DNA of 64,000 nt from an uncultured Alphaproteobacteria bacterium (lineage in GTDB: Bacteria > Pseudomonadota > Alphaproteobacteria > GCA-2731375): contig CATOSZ010000007.1 of assembly GCA_951812805.1 (NCBI GenBank), positions 13,959-77,958 on the forward strand, given 5' to 3'. The notes under the pieces were generated by a model. That model had not been told where the DNA came from. It did not search any database and worked only from the letters and a program-made list of their open reading frames with translations. Below, in pieces: positions 19,436 through 29,910 of the stretch (the stretch's first letter is position 1; each line of letters starts with the position of its first letter). A program made the position numbers and the translations under genes.

Positions 19436-22309
19436 ATGGCCGAAATCGAACTTCCCCCGTCCCGTCCGTCGTTGACGACGGCGGAGGACAATACCGCCCG
19501 GCGGCCGTCGCTTCTTGGTCGGGCGAGCGGTTTAGCAGGTCTGGCCACGCTCGCCTGGTTTCTGGTGGTCGTTATCTGGGTGACCCGGTCCGGCGGGCTG
19601 GCGATGTTGGCCGACGAGACGCCGGCGGCCCTCGCCGCGGCGCTTGGCGGCGTCGTGGCGCCAGTCGTCCTGTTGTGGTTGATCCTGCTGCTATTCGCCC
19701 GGGACGGCGCAGGCTCTGAGATCGCGGTCCGGCTCGATCGCCTGGCGGCGCCGGATCCGGTGGGCGACGCCCGGGTGCAAACGATGGCGGCGGCGCTTCG
19801 TCGTCAGGCCGACATGGCGCGCGAAGCGACCGCGCATTCGATCGCCGCCCTCGATGCCGCGCGCGAACGCCTCGCCGATACGGCGCGGGAGAACGACGTT
19901 TCCCTCGATCGCCGCGCCGAGGTCTTGCGGAACGTCGCGGAAGAAGCCAACAGCCGGGCGATGGCCGGCGCGGCGGCGCTGGACGAACGGGCGCGATCGC
20001 TGGCTCGGGCGACGGAGACGATCGCTTATCACCATCGCGACTTGGTGGTCGGCCTCGAACGGCGGGGTGAACTGCTCGACGCGCAGGTCGGCGAGGCGGC
20101 CCAGCGGGCCCGCGAGGTGGGCTTGATCATCCGCGATCAGGCCGAATTGATGATGCGCGCGATCTCCCTGGCGGAGACCCGCGGCCGCGAGGCGAGCCTG
20201 GCTCTCGAAGCCGAAGCGGGCCGCCTCGACGCCGCGCTCGACGCGCTGGACGGGCGCATTTCCCGCCTGGACGACATCGTCGGCCGGGACGTCGACCGGG
20301 TCGAAGCGGCGGCGGACGTCATCGAAAGCCGCTCGCGCGCCATCGAAGAGAGTATCGCCCGACGCGGCGCCCGGGTGGTCGAGACGACCCTCGGCCTGGC
20401 GGAAGCGGCCAGGCAGGCCGGAGAAACCTTCGACCGGCACGGCGGCCGGCTCGCCCGGCAGACACAGGCTTTGGCCGAGGCCGGCGCCGAGGCGGGCAAA
20501 CGACTGGTCCGCGACCTCGACAGGTTGGAACAGCGCCAGGCCGCCGTCGGCGAGAGCGGCGCGCGCACCACCGCCGAGATCGACACGGCGCTTCCCCGCC
20601 TGCACGCGGCCGGCCAGGCCTTGGCGGAGGCCGGTCGCCTCGTCGATGCCGGTGACGGCGCTCTCGCGACCCGGCAGGCGGCGCTGAGCGAGGCCGCCGA
20701 GGTGCTGGCTCGACGGCAGGAGGGATTGCTGGACGTCGCGGCGCGGACCGGGGCCTCGCTTGCCGAACTGGATCCGCTCGTCGCGCAAACGGTGCTCCGC
20801 CTCGAAGGTTTGGAAGCCGAGATGACCCGTCAGGGCATGCGTTTCGACGACCGGGTCGAAGCAGCCGAAGCGCGCGGTCGGCGCCTGGTGGAGGTCTTGC
20901 GGCACCAGGGCGAGGCGGTGGAGACCGGCGGCGCCCGCGCCGCCTCGACCGCCGAGGCCTTGGCGGCGCGTCTCCAGGCGCTCGACACGCTGGCCGATAC
21001 GGTACAGGGGCGAAGCGGAGAATTATTGTCGGCGCTCGCCCGCGAGCAGGCCGCCTTGGCGGTGGGGAGGGAAGCCGGCGACGCCTTTACCGCCATGGCG
21101 GAACGGCTGGAAGCGCGGTCGACGACGTTGCGCGATGCCGCGCGGACGGGGGCGGACGACATGGCCGCCGCGCACGAGGTGTTCGAGGCGGCGGAAGCCC
21201 GCCTCGGTGACCTGGCGACCGGTGTCGCGAACCTGGCGGACACGGTCGAAGCGGCCGATGCGCTGGCGCAATCCTCGGCCCGGAGCCTCGAACAGGCGAG
21301 CGGGCGGACGCGCGAGGATATCGAAGCCCTGGAGACGGCGGGTGTGGCGGCGCGGGCCGTGTTGGCGGATGGCACGCGGGTCGCGGCGTGCGCGCGCGAA
21401 GACCTGGCGACGACCGCGGCGGCGCTGGAGGCGGCCATGGCCCGCGGCGCCCGGGCGGTAGAGGGTGCCGCGGCTCAACTGCAGGGGGAGGGTGCGCGCG
21501 GCGGCCAGGCGGCCCGGAACCTCGCCGAAGAGATCGAGACGCTGAACCAGGCCGCCCGCGAGGGCGAGGCGCGGTTGGTGCAAGGCGTGACGGCGATGGG
21601 GGAGGAGGCCCGGCGACGCCAGGGGGAAAGCGCGCAGGAGCTCGAACGGCTCGCTCAGGCGGGACGTGAACTCGGCCAGCGCCAGGAACGGATCGCCGGG
21701 CTGCTGGCCACCCTGATCGCGCGGGTCGACAGTGCGGAAAGCCGCCTGGATGGTCAGGCCGAAAGCCTGGCGGCCAAGGCCGAGGTGGCCGGCGCGGCGA
21801 TCGCCGGGGCCGGCGAGCAGGCCACGGCCCGGGCGGCAACCCTGGAAGCCCGCCTCGACGCCTTGTCGCAAACGACGGAGCGGCAGATCGCCCGCCTGGC
21901 GGCGCAACTCGAAAGCCTGGACGCCCTGGCGGTCCGGGTGCCGAGCGAGGCGGACCTGGCGGCCGACGCCCGCGCGGCCGACTTCCTCGCCCGGCAGGCC
22001 CGCCTCGACGAGGCCGTCGCGGCCCTGGGCGTCGACACGAGCCGGCTGGACGGTTCTGAAGCCTCTGAGGGCGGTCTGCTCGGCCGCCTGGGCCGGCGCG
22101 GCGAGGCGGGTCCCGCCGCTCGCCTCGCCCGCGCCTGGGCGGACGACGCGGCGTTTCGCGCCCTGGTGACGGACTATGTCGCGACCTACGAGGCCTTCAT
22201 GGCCGGAATCGAGCATGACGCACGGGGCGAGATCACGCGGGACATGATGCGCAATTCCGATGCCGGCAAGCTCTATCGCCTGTTGAAGGATCTCCGCGCG
22301 TCGGGTTGA
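19436..22309 (+). CDS. Membrane-anchored Ala/Arg/Glu/Leu-rich coiled-coil protein, 957 aa
   Basis: Two N-terminal hydrophobic segments (LAGLATLAWFLVVVIWV and VVAPVVLLWLILLLFA), about 800 aa of heptad-like low-complexity sequence, and a distinct C-terminal tail (FRALVTDYVATYEAFMAGIE....NSDAGKLYRLLKDL). Confidence 0.75.
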   Translation: MAEIELPPSRPSLTTAEDNTARRPSLLGRASGLAGLATLAWFLVVVIWVTRSGGLAMLADETPAALAAALGGVVAPVVLLWLILLLFARDGAGSEIAVRLDRLAAPDPVGDARVQTMAAALRRQADMAREATAHSIAALDAARERLADTARENDVSLDRRAEVLRNVAEEANSRAMAGAAALDERARSLARATETIAYHHRDLVVGLERRGELLDAQVGEAAQRAREVGLIIRDQAELMMRAISLAETRGREASLALEAEAGRLDAALDALDGRISRLDDIVGRDVDRVEAAADVIESRSRAIEESIARRGARVVETTLGLAEAARQAGETFDRHGGRLARQTQALAEAGAEAGKRLVRDLDRLEQRQAAVGESGARTTAEIDTALPRLHAAGQALAEAGRLVDAGDGALATRQAALSEAAEVLARRQEGLLDVAARTGASLAELDPLVAQTVLRLEGLEAEMTRQGMRFDDRVEAAEARGRRLVEVLRHQGEAVETGGARAASTAEALAARLQALDTLADTVQGRSGELLSALAREQAALAVGREAGDAFTAMAERLEARSTTLRDAARTGADDMAAAHEVFEAAEARLGDLATGVANLADTVEAADALAQSSARSLEQASGRTREDIEALETAGVAARAVLADGTRVAACAREDLATTAAALEAAMARGARAVEGAAAQLQGEGARGGQAARNLAEEIETLNQAAREGEARLVQGVTAMGEEARRRQGESAQELERLAQAGRELGQRQERIAGLLATLIARVDSAESRLDGQAESLAAKAEVAGAAIAGAGEQATARAATLEARLDALSQTTERQIARLAAQLESLDALAVRVPSEADLAADARAADFLARQARLDEAVAALGVDTSRLDGSEASEGGLLGRLGRRGEAGPAARLARAWADDAAFRALVTDYVATYEAFMAGIEHDARGEITRDMMRNSDAGKLYRLLKDLRASG

Positions 22310-22312
22310 GGG

Positions 22313-23536
22313 CTATTCCGCCGCCGCGCGCCGACCGCCCTCGCGGCCGTCGAGGGTTGCGCCCTCGGCCAGCATGTCCTCGATCCGGGCCTCGTCCAGG
22401 CCGGCTTCGCGCAACACCTCGACGCTGTGCTCGCCGAGGCGGGCCGGCAGGGTGCGGATTTCCGCCGGCGTCTTGGAGAAGCCGACGCTCGGACCGGCCA
22501 GGCGAATACGGCCCTCGCTCGGATGGTCGAACTGTTGGAACAGTCCGACCGCGTCGAGATGTGGGTCCGCCGCCAGTTCGCCCAGGGGCGTCGCCCGGCC
22601 GTTCGGCACGTCGGCCGCCTCCAGCACCGCCAGCAGCTCTTCCGTGTTCCAGCCCGCGACGCATTCGGCGACCAGGGCGTAAAGCTCGCCGATTTTTTCG
22701 CTGCGGGTCTTCGGGTCCGTGACGCGGGCATCGTCGCCCAGCGCCGGCCGGCCCATGGCGGTGAAGAAGGCGCGCCACTGCTTGGTGTTGTAGGGCAGGA
22801 CGCAGACATGGCCGTCGGCGGTCTCGTAGGGCCGGCGGTATTCGACCATCGAACGCTCGTAGCCCGCCGGGCCCGTCGCCGGCTCGAAGCTCTGGCCCGA
22901 AGCGTGCTCGACCAGGTTGAAACCGACCAGGCTTTCCAGCATCGGCACCTCGACCAGCTGGCCCTCGCCGGTCCGCTCGCGACTGAACAGCGCGGCGAGC
23001 GTCGCGTGCACGGCGAACTGCGAGCCGATCTTGTCGCAGATCGAGGCGTTGACGAAGCGCGGCGGCCCGGACCGCCCGCCCTGCATGTCCGCCATGCCCG
23101 ACAGACCCTGGATGATGTCGTCGTAGGCCGGCCGCGGCCCGTAAGGCCCGTCCTGGCCGAAGCCGACCAGGGCGACGTAGACCACGCGCGGGTTCACCGC
23201 GACGCAGTCGTCATAGCCGAGGCCGAGACGGGACATCGCCGCCGGGCGGATCGAGGAGATGACGACGTCGACGCCGCGCACCAGCTCCAGGCAGGCGGAC
23301 TGCGCGCTTTCCTTCTTCAGGTCGAGGACGACGCAGCGCTTGTTGCGGTTGGCGTTCAGGAAGAAATGGCCCATGCCGGGATTGCGGAACGGCGTGATGC
23401 CGCGGGTGATGTCGCCTTCGGGCGCCTCCACCTTGATGACCTCGGCCCCGTAATCGCCGAGGATCTGCGTGCCGTAGGGTCCGAAGCCGACGGTGGTGAG
23501 ATCGAGAATGCGGATTCCGGCGAGTGGTCCAGGCAT
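22313..23536 (-). CDS. Family III CoA-transferase (CaiB/BaiF type)
   Basis: GIRILDLTTVGFGPYGTQILGDYGAEVIKVE and the YDDIIQGLSGMA aspartate region. The start is the ATG at 23536, inside the longer ORF. Confidence 0.9.
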   Translation of the reverse strand: MPGPLAGIRILDLTTVGFGPYGTQILGDYGAEVIKVEAPEGDITRGITPFRNPGMGHFFLNANRNKRCVVLDLKKESAQSACLELVRGVDVVISSIRPAAMSRLGLGYDDCVAVNPRVVYVALVGFGQDGPYGPRPAYDDIIQGLSGMADMQGGRSGPPRFVNASICDKIGSQFAVHATLAALFSRERTGEGQLVEVPMLESLVGFNLVEHASGQSFEPATGPAGYERSMVEYRRPYETADGHVCVLPYNTKQWRAFFTAMGRPALGDDARVTDPKTRSEKIGELYALVAECVAGWNTEELLAVLEAADVPNGRATPLGELAADPHLDAVGLFQQFDHPSEGRIRLAGPSVGFSKTPAEIRTLPARLGEHSVEVLREAGLDEARIEDMLAEGATLDGREGGRRAAAE

Positions 23537-23589
23537 GGTGAAACTCCCTGAAGGTGACGACGCATCTCGGCGCCTGGCACGATAACGCC

Positions 23590-24336
23590 TCAGCCACGGC
23601 CGACGAAGGGCATCTTCGTCGCCATGACCGTGGTGGAAAAGACGTTGGCGTCGAGCGGCAGGCCCGCCATGAAGCGGACCGCCTCGACGACGTGGGCGAC
23701 GTCCATGATCGGTTCCGCCGCCTGGCCGCCGTCCGGTTGCAGCATGGCGGCCTCGTTGCCGTCCCACATCTCGCTCGCCGCGTTGCCGATGTCGATCTGT
23801 CCGCAGGCGATGTCGTGCGGTCGGCCGTCGAGGGCGATCGTCTTGGTAAGGCCGGTCAGCGCGTGCTTGGAGGCCGCGTAGGCCGCCGAATGCGGCCGCG
23901 GGGTTTGTGCGGAGACGGAACCGTTGTTGACGATGCGCCCGCCCGCCGGGCTCTGCCGTTTCATCAGGGCGACGGCGGCCCGGGCGCAGAGGAAGGCGCC
24001 GGTCAGGTTGACGTCGATGACGCGGCGCCAGTCGGCGGGATCCAGCTCGTCGATCGGTTTCACCGGCGCGTCGATGCCCGCGTTGTTGAACAGCAGGTCC
24101 AGCCGTCCGAAGTCCGATTCCAATCGTTCGAAGAGCGCCGCGACCTCGCCCTCGTCGGCGACGTCGGTGGGGACGGCCCGAACGTCCTCGCCACAACGCT
24201 TCGCCGTTTCGTCCAGCGCCGTCCGGCGCCGCCCGGCCAGGACCAGGCGCCAGCCGTCGGCCGCCAGCGCGACCGCCACGGCCCGGCCGATGCCGCTGCC
24301 GGCCCCGGTGATCAAGGCGACCCGTCGCTGTGTCAT
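23590..24336 (-). CDS. Short-chain dehydrogenase/reductase (SDR)
   Basis: [22 protein letters not shown]. Confidence 0.9.
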   Translation of the reverse strand: MTQRRVALITGAGSGIGRAVAVALAADGWRLVLAGRRRTALDETAKRCGEDVRAVPTDVADEGEVAALFERLESDFGRLDLLFNNAGIDAPVKPIDELDPADWRRVIDVNLTGAFLCARAAVALMKRQSPAGGRIVNNGSVSAQTPRPHSAAYAASKHALTGLTKTIALDGRPHDIACGQIDIGNAASEMWDGNEAAMLQPDGGQAAEPIMDVAHVVEAVRFMAGLPLDANVFSTTVMATKMPFVGRG

Positions 24337-24346
24337 GCCTGGCTCC

Positions 24347-25354
24347 TCACGGCTGGATGATGACCTTGCCCATGACCTCGCGGTCTTCCAGCAGGCGGAC
24401 GCCTTCGCGTGCTTCTTCCAGGGGCAGGATGGAATCGATTTCCGGTTTCAGTCGGCCGTCGGCGACCAGATCCAGCAGCCCCGTCAAATCCTCCCGCCGC
24501 CAACCGTTGGAGCCCTTGATGTCGAGCTCGTAAGTCCAGATGTAGCGGATGTCGGTCTTCGGATCGTAGCCGGCGGTTGCCCCGCAGGTCAGCATACGCC
24601 CGCCCAGGCGCAGCGCGCGGAGTGATTTGGCCCAGGTATCGCCGCCGGTGAAGTTGACCACCACATCGACGCCGCCCTCGGCGCGCAGTCGGGTTGGCCG
24701 GCCGTAGTGGCTGCGCACCCAGGCGACCCAGTCCTCCTCGACGTAGTTGACCAGATGGTCGGCGCCCATCGCCGCCAGCCGGTCGAGCTTGGCGGGGCTG
24801 GAGGCGCAGGCGACGACCTCCGCGCCGGCGAGCTTGGCGAGCAGCACGCAACAGGTCCCGACCCCGCCGCTGGCGCCGAGCACCACGATCTTCTCGCCGG
24901 CGGCAATGCGTCCGTTGGTGATCATCATGCGATGTGCCGTGCCGTAGGCGACGGGAAGTGCCGCGGCATCGGCGAAGGAAACCCGGTCGTCGAGGCGGAT
25001 CAGCTGGCGCGCGTTCACGGCACAATACTCGGCGAGGCCGCCGTGCCGCGTCTCCCCCATCAGGGTGCCGTCCTCCCAGTCCGTCGGGTCGACCAGCACG
25101 CGGTCGCCGATCGACCAGCCCTCGACGCCCGGTCCCAGTTCGGCGACCTCGCCGGCCAGATCGAGGCCCATGATGATCGGCATCGGTACCTTGATGCCGG
25201 GCATGCCGCGCCGGGTGAAGACGTCGTGGTAGTTGAGGGAACAGGCACCGACCTTGATCACGACCTCGCCCGGGGCCGGGGTGGGATCGGTGAACGCCGC
25301 CTCGAAACCCAGTTCCTCGGGTTCACCGTGGCGGTGGACGACGGCTGCACGCAT
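24347..25354 (-). CDS. Medium-chain (zinc-type/quinone) dehydrogenase-reductase
   Basis: [16 protein letters not shown] and the Rossmann motif [10 protein letters not shown]. The start was chosen at MRAAVV. Confidence 0.9.
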   Translation of the reverse strand: MRAAVVHRHGEPEELGFEAAFTDPTPAPGEVVIKVGACSLNYHDVFTRRGMPGIKVPMPIIMGLDLAGEVAELGPGVEGWSIGDRVLVDPTDWEDGTLMGETRHGGLAEYCAVNARQLIRLDDRVSFADAAALPVAYGTAHRMMITNGRIAAGEKIVVLGASGGVGTCCVLLAKLAGAEVVACASSPAKLDRLAAMGADHLVNYVEEDWVAWVRSHYGRPTRLRAEGGVDVVVNFTGGDTWAKSLRALRLGGRMLTCGATAGYDPKTDIRYIWTYELDIKGSNGWRREDLTGLLDLVADGRLKPEIDSILPLEEAREGVRLLEDREVMGKVIIQP

Positions 25355-25412
25355 GTGGGACCTCGCTTCGCTTCGCAATTGCGAGAGGGATACCCGCTAC
25401 GGCGTATGAAGG

Positions 25413-26939
25413 CTAGACGCCCGCCTCGCCGACTTCCGCGAGGGCGCGGCTCGTCAACGCGTTGCGGTCGATCTTGTTGGTCGCCGCCAGCGGCAGGCGG
25501 TCGAGCAGGAAAACCCGGCGGGGATGCTGATAGGCCGGCCCGTTGGCGAGCGCGTGTGCCTTGATCGCTGCTTCGTCCAAGCCGCTCTCCGCGCGGGCGA
25601 CGACGAAGGCGACCGGCTTCTCGCCCTTGATTTCGTCCGGCACGGGGACGACGCAGGCTTGCAGGATGTCGGTGTGGCGCTCCAGCATGACCTCGACGTC
25701 GCCCGGATAGACGTTCTCGCCGCCGCAATTGAACATGTCGTCCGCGCGGCCGACGAAATAATAGAAGCCGTCAGAATCGCGATGCATGACGTCGCCGCTG
25801 TCGTACCAGCCGTCGGCGGTCATCCGCTCCGCCGTCTTCTCCGGCAGATTGTGATAGCCGGGCATCATCGCCGGCGTCTTCATCTGCAGGACGCCGTCGT
25901 CGCTCTCCCGGCCCGCGGTATCGATCAGGCGCACGCCGGCGCCCGGCACCGGATAGCCGATCGCCGTATCGGGCCGGGCCAGGCCATCTGGATGCGGGCC
26001 GAAGACGCCGGCGCCGGCCTCCGTCGTCCCATAGGCGTTGGCGACACCGGCGCCGGGAAAGATCCGCTTTACCTGGTCCATCAGCTTCTGCGTCACCGGC
26101 GAGGATCCGGTCAGCACGAACTGGACCGAGGACAGGTCGGCCGCGGCGAGCGCTTCCTCCTCGCGCGCCACCATGGCCAGCATGGTCGGCACGGAGGTGA
26201 TGAAGCTGCAGCGATGGTCGTGGATCGCCCGGATGTAGCTCTGCGCCGTGAACTCCGGCAGCAGCACGATGCACGCCATGTTGGCGACGGCCGTCTTCGT
26301 CGAGATCAGCGCGTTCATGTGATAGAGCGGTGCCGCCACCAGGAAGCGATGGTCGGAGACGTCGGGATCGACCTTGCGCCGGGTTTCGATCACCCAGATC
26401 TGTCCCGAATGGCTGAGCGGCACGCCCTTCGGCCGTCCCGTCGAGCCGGAGGTATAGAGGAACATGCCGATGTCGCCGTCGCCCTGGGCCACCGTTTCGA
26501 ATGGTCCGGGATCGCTGAGCGCATCGAAGCCGTCCGTACCCGCCGCCCCGAAGACCACGGTGTCGATGCCGTCCGGACAATCGGCCAGGCGGGCCTCGTC
26601 GGTCAGGACCAGGCGGGCGCCGCAATCGCGGATGATGAAATGCACGGTCTCGCGGGCGAAGCGGTAGCTCACCGGCACGGCGACCAGGCCCGCCATCATG
26701 GCGCCGAAATAGCCGGTGACGAACTCGCGCCGGTTGGCGGAGAGGATCGCGACCCGCTCGCCTGATACCAGGCCGCGGGCCAGCAGGCCGCGCGCAACGG
26801 CCCGGCACTCGTCGCGAAGCGCCTCGTGGCTCAAGGTCACCGGGCGGTCGGGATCCAGCAGGTCGACGAGCGCGGTGCGCGACATGTCCGCGTCCCCCGG
26901 CCAGAGATCGCCCATGTTGGTCGGCGTCATGGCGTTCAT
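25413..26939 (-). CDS. AMP-dependent acyl-CoA synthetase/ligase
   Basis: AMP-binding signature LYTSGSTGRPKGV. Also YGTTE, GWYDSGD and the C-terminal LPLAATNKIDR. Confidence 0.9.
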   Translation of the reverse strand: MNAMTPTNMGDLWPGDADMSRTALVDLLDPDRPVTLSHEALRDECRAVARGLLARGLVSGERVAILSANRREFVTGYFGAMMAGLVAVPVSYRFARETVHFIIRDCGARLVLTDEARLADCPDGIDTVVFGAAGTDGFDALSDPGPFETVAQGDGDIGMFLYTSGSTGRPKGVPLSHSGQIWVIETRRKVDPDVSDHRFLVAAPLYHMNALISTKTAVANMACIVLLPEFTAQSYIRAIHDHRCSFITSVPTMLAMVAREEEALAAADLSSVQFVLTGSSPVTQKLMDQVKRIFPGAGVANAYGTTEAGAGVFGPHPDGLARPDTAIGYPVPGAGVRLIDTAGRESDDGVLQMKTPAMMPGYHNLPEKTAERMTADGWYDSGDVMHRDSDGFYYFVGRADDMFNCGGENVYPGDVEVMLERHTDILQACVVPVPDEIKGEKPVAFVVARAESGLDEAAIKAHALANGPAYQHPRRVFLLDRLPLAATNKIDRNALTSRALAEVGEAGV

Positions 26940-28078
26940 GCCTCCAATCTCAGTCCCGCCTGGCGCAGCAGCGGCAGCACCCGGGCGCCGAAGAATTCCA
27001 GGTCAGGGAGGAAGTCGAAGAAGTTGATCTGCACGCCGTCGATGCCCGCGTCCTTCAGCCGCTGGAAATAGTCGACGATCTGCTCGGGGGAGCCGACCAG
27101 ATGCACGTTGCCGCCGACCGCCCAGGTTGCCTTCTTGTGGCCGCGCCAGGACGCCTGATCGCCGGAGCGGAAGGCGCCGACGAAATTATCGAGGGCGACC
27201 TTGTCGGCTCCGGCCAGGATGCGACGGTATTGCGCGCGGGCCTCGCGTTCGCTGTCGCGGCAGATGACGTGCGGGTTGATCAGGATCTTCACCTCGCGCC
27301 CCTCCGCGGCGGCGGCGGCGCGGACCTTCGCCGTGTGCTCGGGCAGCGAGGCGATCGCCGCCTCGGCTTCGGCGCCGCCGGGGGAGGTGACGAAGATCAG
27401 GTCCGAATGGCGCGCCGCATAGGCGATCCCGGCCGGCGAGCTGCCGGCGTTCACCAGCACGATCCGCTTATTGGCCGGCTTGGGCGCGACATAGGCCCCC
27501 TCGGTCCGCCACCAGCGCCCCTCGAAGTCGAGCGGGCGGTCCTCCGCCCACAGGCGGCGCATGACCCCGGTGAACTCGTCGGCCATGGCATAGCGCTCGT
27601 CGTGGGGGATCGGCGCCTGGCCGAACATGCGGAACTCGCTCTCCTTGTAGCCGGTGACGACGTTCAGGCCCCAGCGCCCGCCGCTCATGTGATCGATCAC
27701 CGCGCCGTATTTCGCCAGGTGCAGCGGATGCCAGCCATAGAGGATATGCACCGTGGCGATCAGCAGCACCCGCTTGGTGAGCGGCGCCAGCCCGGCCGAG
27801 GTGATGAAGGGGTCGAGGGTGTTCTCGCGAAACTTGATGTCGCCGCCGTAGCCGTCCTTGCCGAGCCATTGGGCGAGCGCAAAGACCAGGTCAAAGCCCA
27901 TCTCGTCCGCCCGCTGCGCCAGGCGGGCGTTGTAGTCGAAGCTCCAGTCCGTGCCGCGCGCCGCGGCCGAAGGGCTCCAGGCGCCCTGCTGGTGGGGCAG
28001 GAACAGGCCCAGCATCAGGGGATGTCGCGTCGCCTCGCGCAGCGCCTTGTGCACCCGTTGGCGCGGTCGTTTCGCCAT
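26936..28078 (-). CDS. LLM-class flavin-dependent monooxygenase
   Basis: LGLFLP.....W, GFDLVFALAQW, GGRWGLNVVTGY. The stop overlaps the ligase start. A GGGAGAGGG SD lies ahead of the ATG at 28078. Confidence 0.9.
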   Translation of the reverse strand: MAKRPRQRVHKALREATRHPLMLGLFLPHQQGAWSPSAAARGTDWSFDYNARLAQRADEMGFDLVFALAQWLGKDGYGGDIKFRENTLDPFITSAGLAPLTKRVLLIATVHILYGWHPLHLAKYGAVIDHMSGGRWGLNVVTGYKESEFRMFGQAPIPHDERYAMADEFTGVMRRLWAEDRPLDFEGRWWRTEGAYVAPKPANKRIVLVNAGSSPAGIAYAARHSDLIFVTSPGGAEAEAAIASLPEHTAKVRAAAAAEGREVKILINPHVICRDSEREARAQYRRILAGADKVALDNFVGAFRSGDQASWRGHKKATWAVGGNVHLVGSPEQIVDYFQRLKDAGIDGVQINFFDFLPDLEFFGARVLPLLRQAGLRLEA

Positions 28079-28093
28079 GACCCTCTCCCGTTC

Positions 28094-29083
28094 TCAGGCT
28101 ATCGGCGCCAGCGCGCCACCACTCTCGGCCGAAAGATAGGCCGCATCGACGATCCGCATTACCCGTTCGAGATCGCCGAGGCCGGCGACGGGCGTCCCGC
28201 CGCGTCCCGCCTCCGCCAGCGTCCGCGCCGCGAACGCGGCATAGAGCGGGTCGGTGTCGAGATCGACGTCGATCGCCTCGCCCGCGCCCTCGTCTCCGCC
28301 GGCATAAAGCGCGATGCCGTCCTCGCGACTGCGCACGAAGCGGTCCTCGCCGACCAGGGTGAAGGAATATTCCCGCTTCGCCGAGTTATCGGGAAAGGCA
28401 TAGCCGGTCTCGATCATCGCCGACGTGCCGTTCGACAGGGCGAGGGAGAGCATCGCGTAATCCTCGACCGCGCCGCCGTGCAGCGCCGTGCCGGTCCGCG
28501 CATAGACCCGCGTCACCTCCCCGCCTAGAAGGTTCAACGAGAAGTCGATGAAATGATTGGCGAGGTTCATCAAGGCCCCGCCGCCGGAGCGCGCGGGATC
28601 GAGCATCCAGGCGCAGTCGGTGCGGGGATAGCGTTCGGGCGGCCCGGCGAAGAAACGCCATGAGGCGGAGGTGAAGCGTGCCCGCTCCGCCGCCAACCTC
28701 CGGGCCAGCGGGCCGATGCGCTGGATGAACGGCACGGCGACATAGAGCCCGCGCGCGTCCGCGGCCCGGGCGAGGCGCGCGACCTCCGCCCCGTTCAGGC
28801 CGGCCGGCTTTTCGATGGTGAAGGACACACCCTTGTCGACCAGGGCGAGGCCGAGGCCTGCCATCTCGTCGTGCCGGCCGAAGCAAAAGGCGAAGTCGAA
28901 TTCGGCCTCGGCGATCAGGCGCAAGGGATCGTCGAAGGCGGGACAACCGAAGCGCGCCGCTTCCCGCTCGCGCGGGCCGGCCTGGCGATCCGACAGGGCG
29001 ACCACCTCCACCCCCGGCACGGTCAGCGCCGGGACGTAGAGTGGATAATGCCAGTGCGATACTTCGATCAGCGCCACGCGCAT
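28094..29083 (-). CDS. Gfo/Idh/MocA-family NAD(P)-dependent oxidoreductase
   Basis: N-terminal Rossmann segment and the FTIEKP motif. Confidence 0.88.
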   Translation of the reverse strand: MRVALIEVSHWHYPLYVPALTVPGVEVVALSDRQAGPREREAARFGCPAFDDPLRLIAEAEFDFAFCFGRHDEMAGLGLALVDKGVSFTIEKPAGLNGAEVARLARAADARGLYVAVPFIQRIGPLARRLAAERARFTSASWRFFAGPPERYPRTDCAWMLDPARSGGGALMNLANHFIDFSLNLLGGEVTRVYARTGTALHGGAVEDYAMLSLALSNGTSAMIETGYAFPDNSAKREYSFTLVGEDRFVRSREDGIALYAGGDEGAGEAIDVDLDTDPLYAAFAARTLAEAGRGGTPVAGLGDLERVMRIVDAAYLSAESGGALAPIA

Positions 29084-29239
29084 GGCCGAGCCCTCCCGAT
29101 CCCCATCCTATCGCCCCGGCGGCACGGCGCCAAAGCGGGGCCGGTGGGCTAGCCCGTCAATAATGGGTCGTTGACTCTGAGATAAATATCTTAGAGGCTT
29201 AACTATATTGAGAACGACATTCTGCAATAGGGGGAGAAA

Positions 29240-29905
29240 ATGGCAAAGGATTGGTCGATCGAAGGCCGTTATGCCGAGTGGTGCAGTTGCACATTGGGGT
29301 GTCCGTGCGAATCGATGGAGGCGCCGTCCGAGGGCCATTGCACCGGCGCGGTCGCCTTCGAGATCGAGAAAGGGCATTGCGAGGGTGTGTCGCTGGACGG
29401 CATGAAGGTCGTCGCGACGTTCTATTTCCCGCGTGCCATCCATCACGGCGACGGGCATATGCAACCGATTTTGGAGGAGGGCATCAGCGATGCGCAGCGC
29501 GATGCCATCTTCTATATCCTGAGTGGCGAGGATCAGCCCGTCGGCACGATGTTCCAGATCTTCAGTGTCATCGTCGATCACCATCACGATCCCGTCTTCA
29601 CGACGATCGACTTCGATTGGGACATCAAGGCCCGGACGGCGCGGGTCGAGGTGCCGAATTCGCTTCGCGTTCGCTCCGAACCGATCCGCAATCCCGTCAC
29701 CGACGACGCGCATCGGATGATCACGGTGCTGCCCGACGGCTGGATGTTCCACGAGGCGGAAGGCGTGGCCGGCTTCGCCAAGAGCACCGGCGACCTGAAG
29801 TTCGACCTCAACCGGGCACACAGTTCGCTCGCCCACGTCGCATGGGGCCCGAACGGCCTGAAATACGACCTGGCCGAATCGCGCCGTCGCTTTCCGCTGA
29901 CCTGA
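29240..29905 (+). CDS. DUF1326-family protein
   Basis: W.IEGRY.EWCSC..GCPC N-terminal cysteine motif. Confidence 0.8.
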   Translation: MAKDWSIEGRYAEWCSCTLGCPCESMEAPSEGHCTGAVAFEIEKGHCEGVSLDGMKVVATFYFPRAIHHGDGHMQPILEEGISDAQRDAIFYILSGEDQPVGTMFQIFSVIVDHHHDPVFTTIDFDWDIKARTARVEVPNSLRVRSEPIRNPVTDDAHRMITVLPDGWMFHEAEGVAGFAKSTGDLKFDLNRAHSSLAHVAWGPNGLKYDLAESRRRFPLT

Positions 29906-29910
29906 ACCGG

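Noticed and set aside
19436-22309. Whether the 957-aa low-complexity ORF is itself a high-GC artefact.
   Set aside because: Kept as a CDS. It has a plausible SD and ATG, two clean hydrophobic segments and a non-repetitive C-terminal tail. It fills an otherwise gene-free 2.9 kb, and the competing ORFs on other frames are far less protein-like. Still unverified.
29084-29239. GTCAA-n10-TTGAC in the divergent intergenic region as a defined operator.
   Set aside because: It is a single short inverted repeat, with no regulator gene nearby to tie it to. Noted only in passing.
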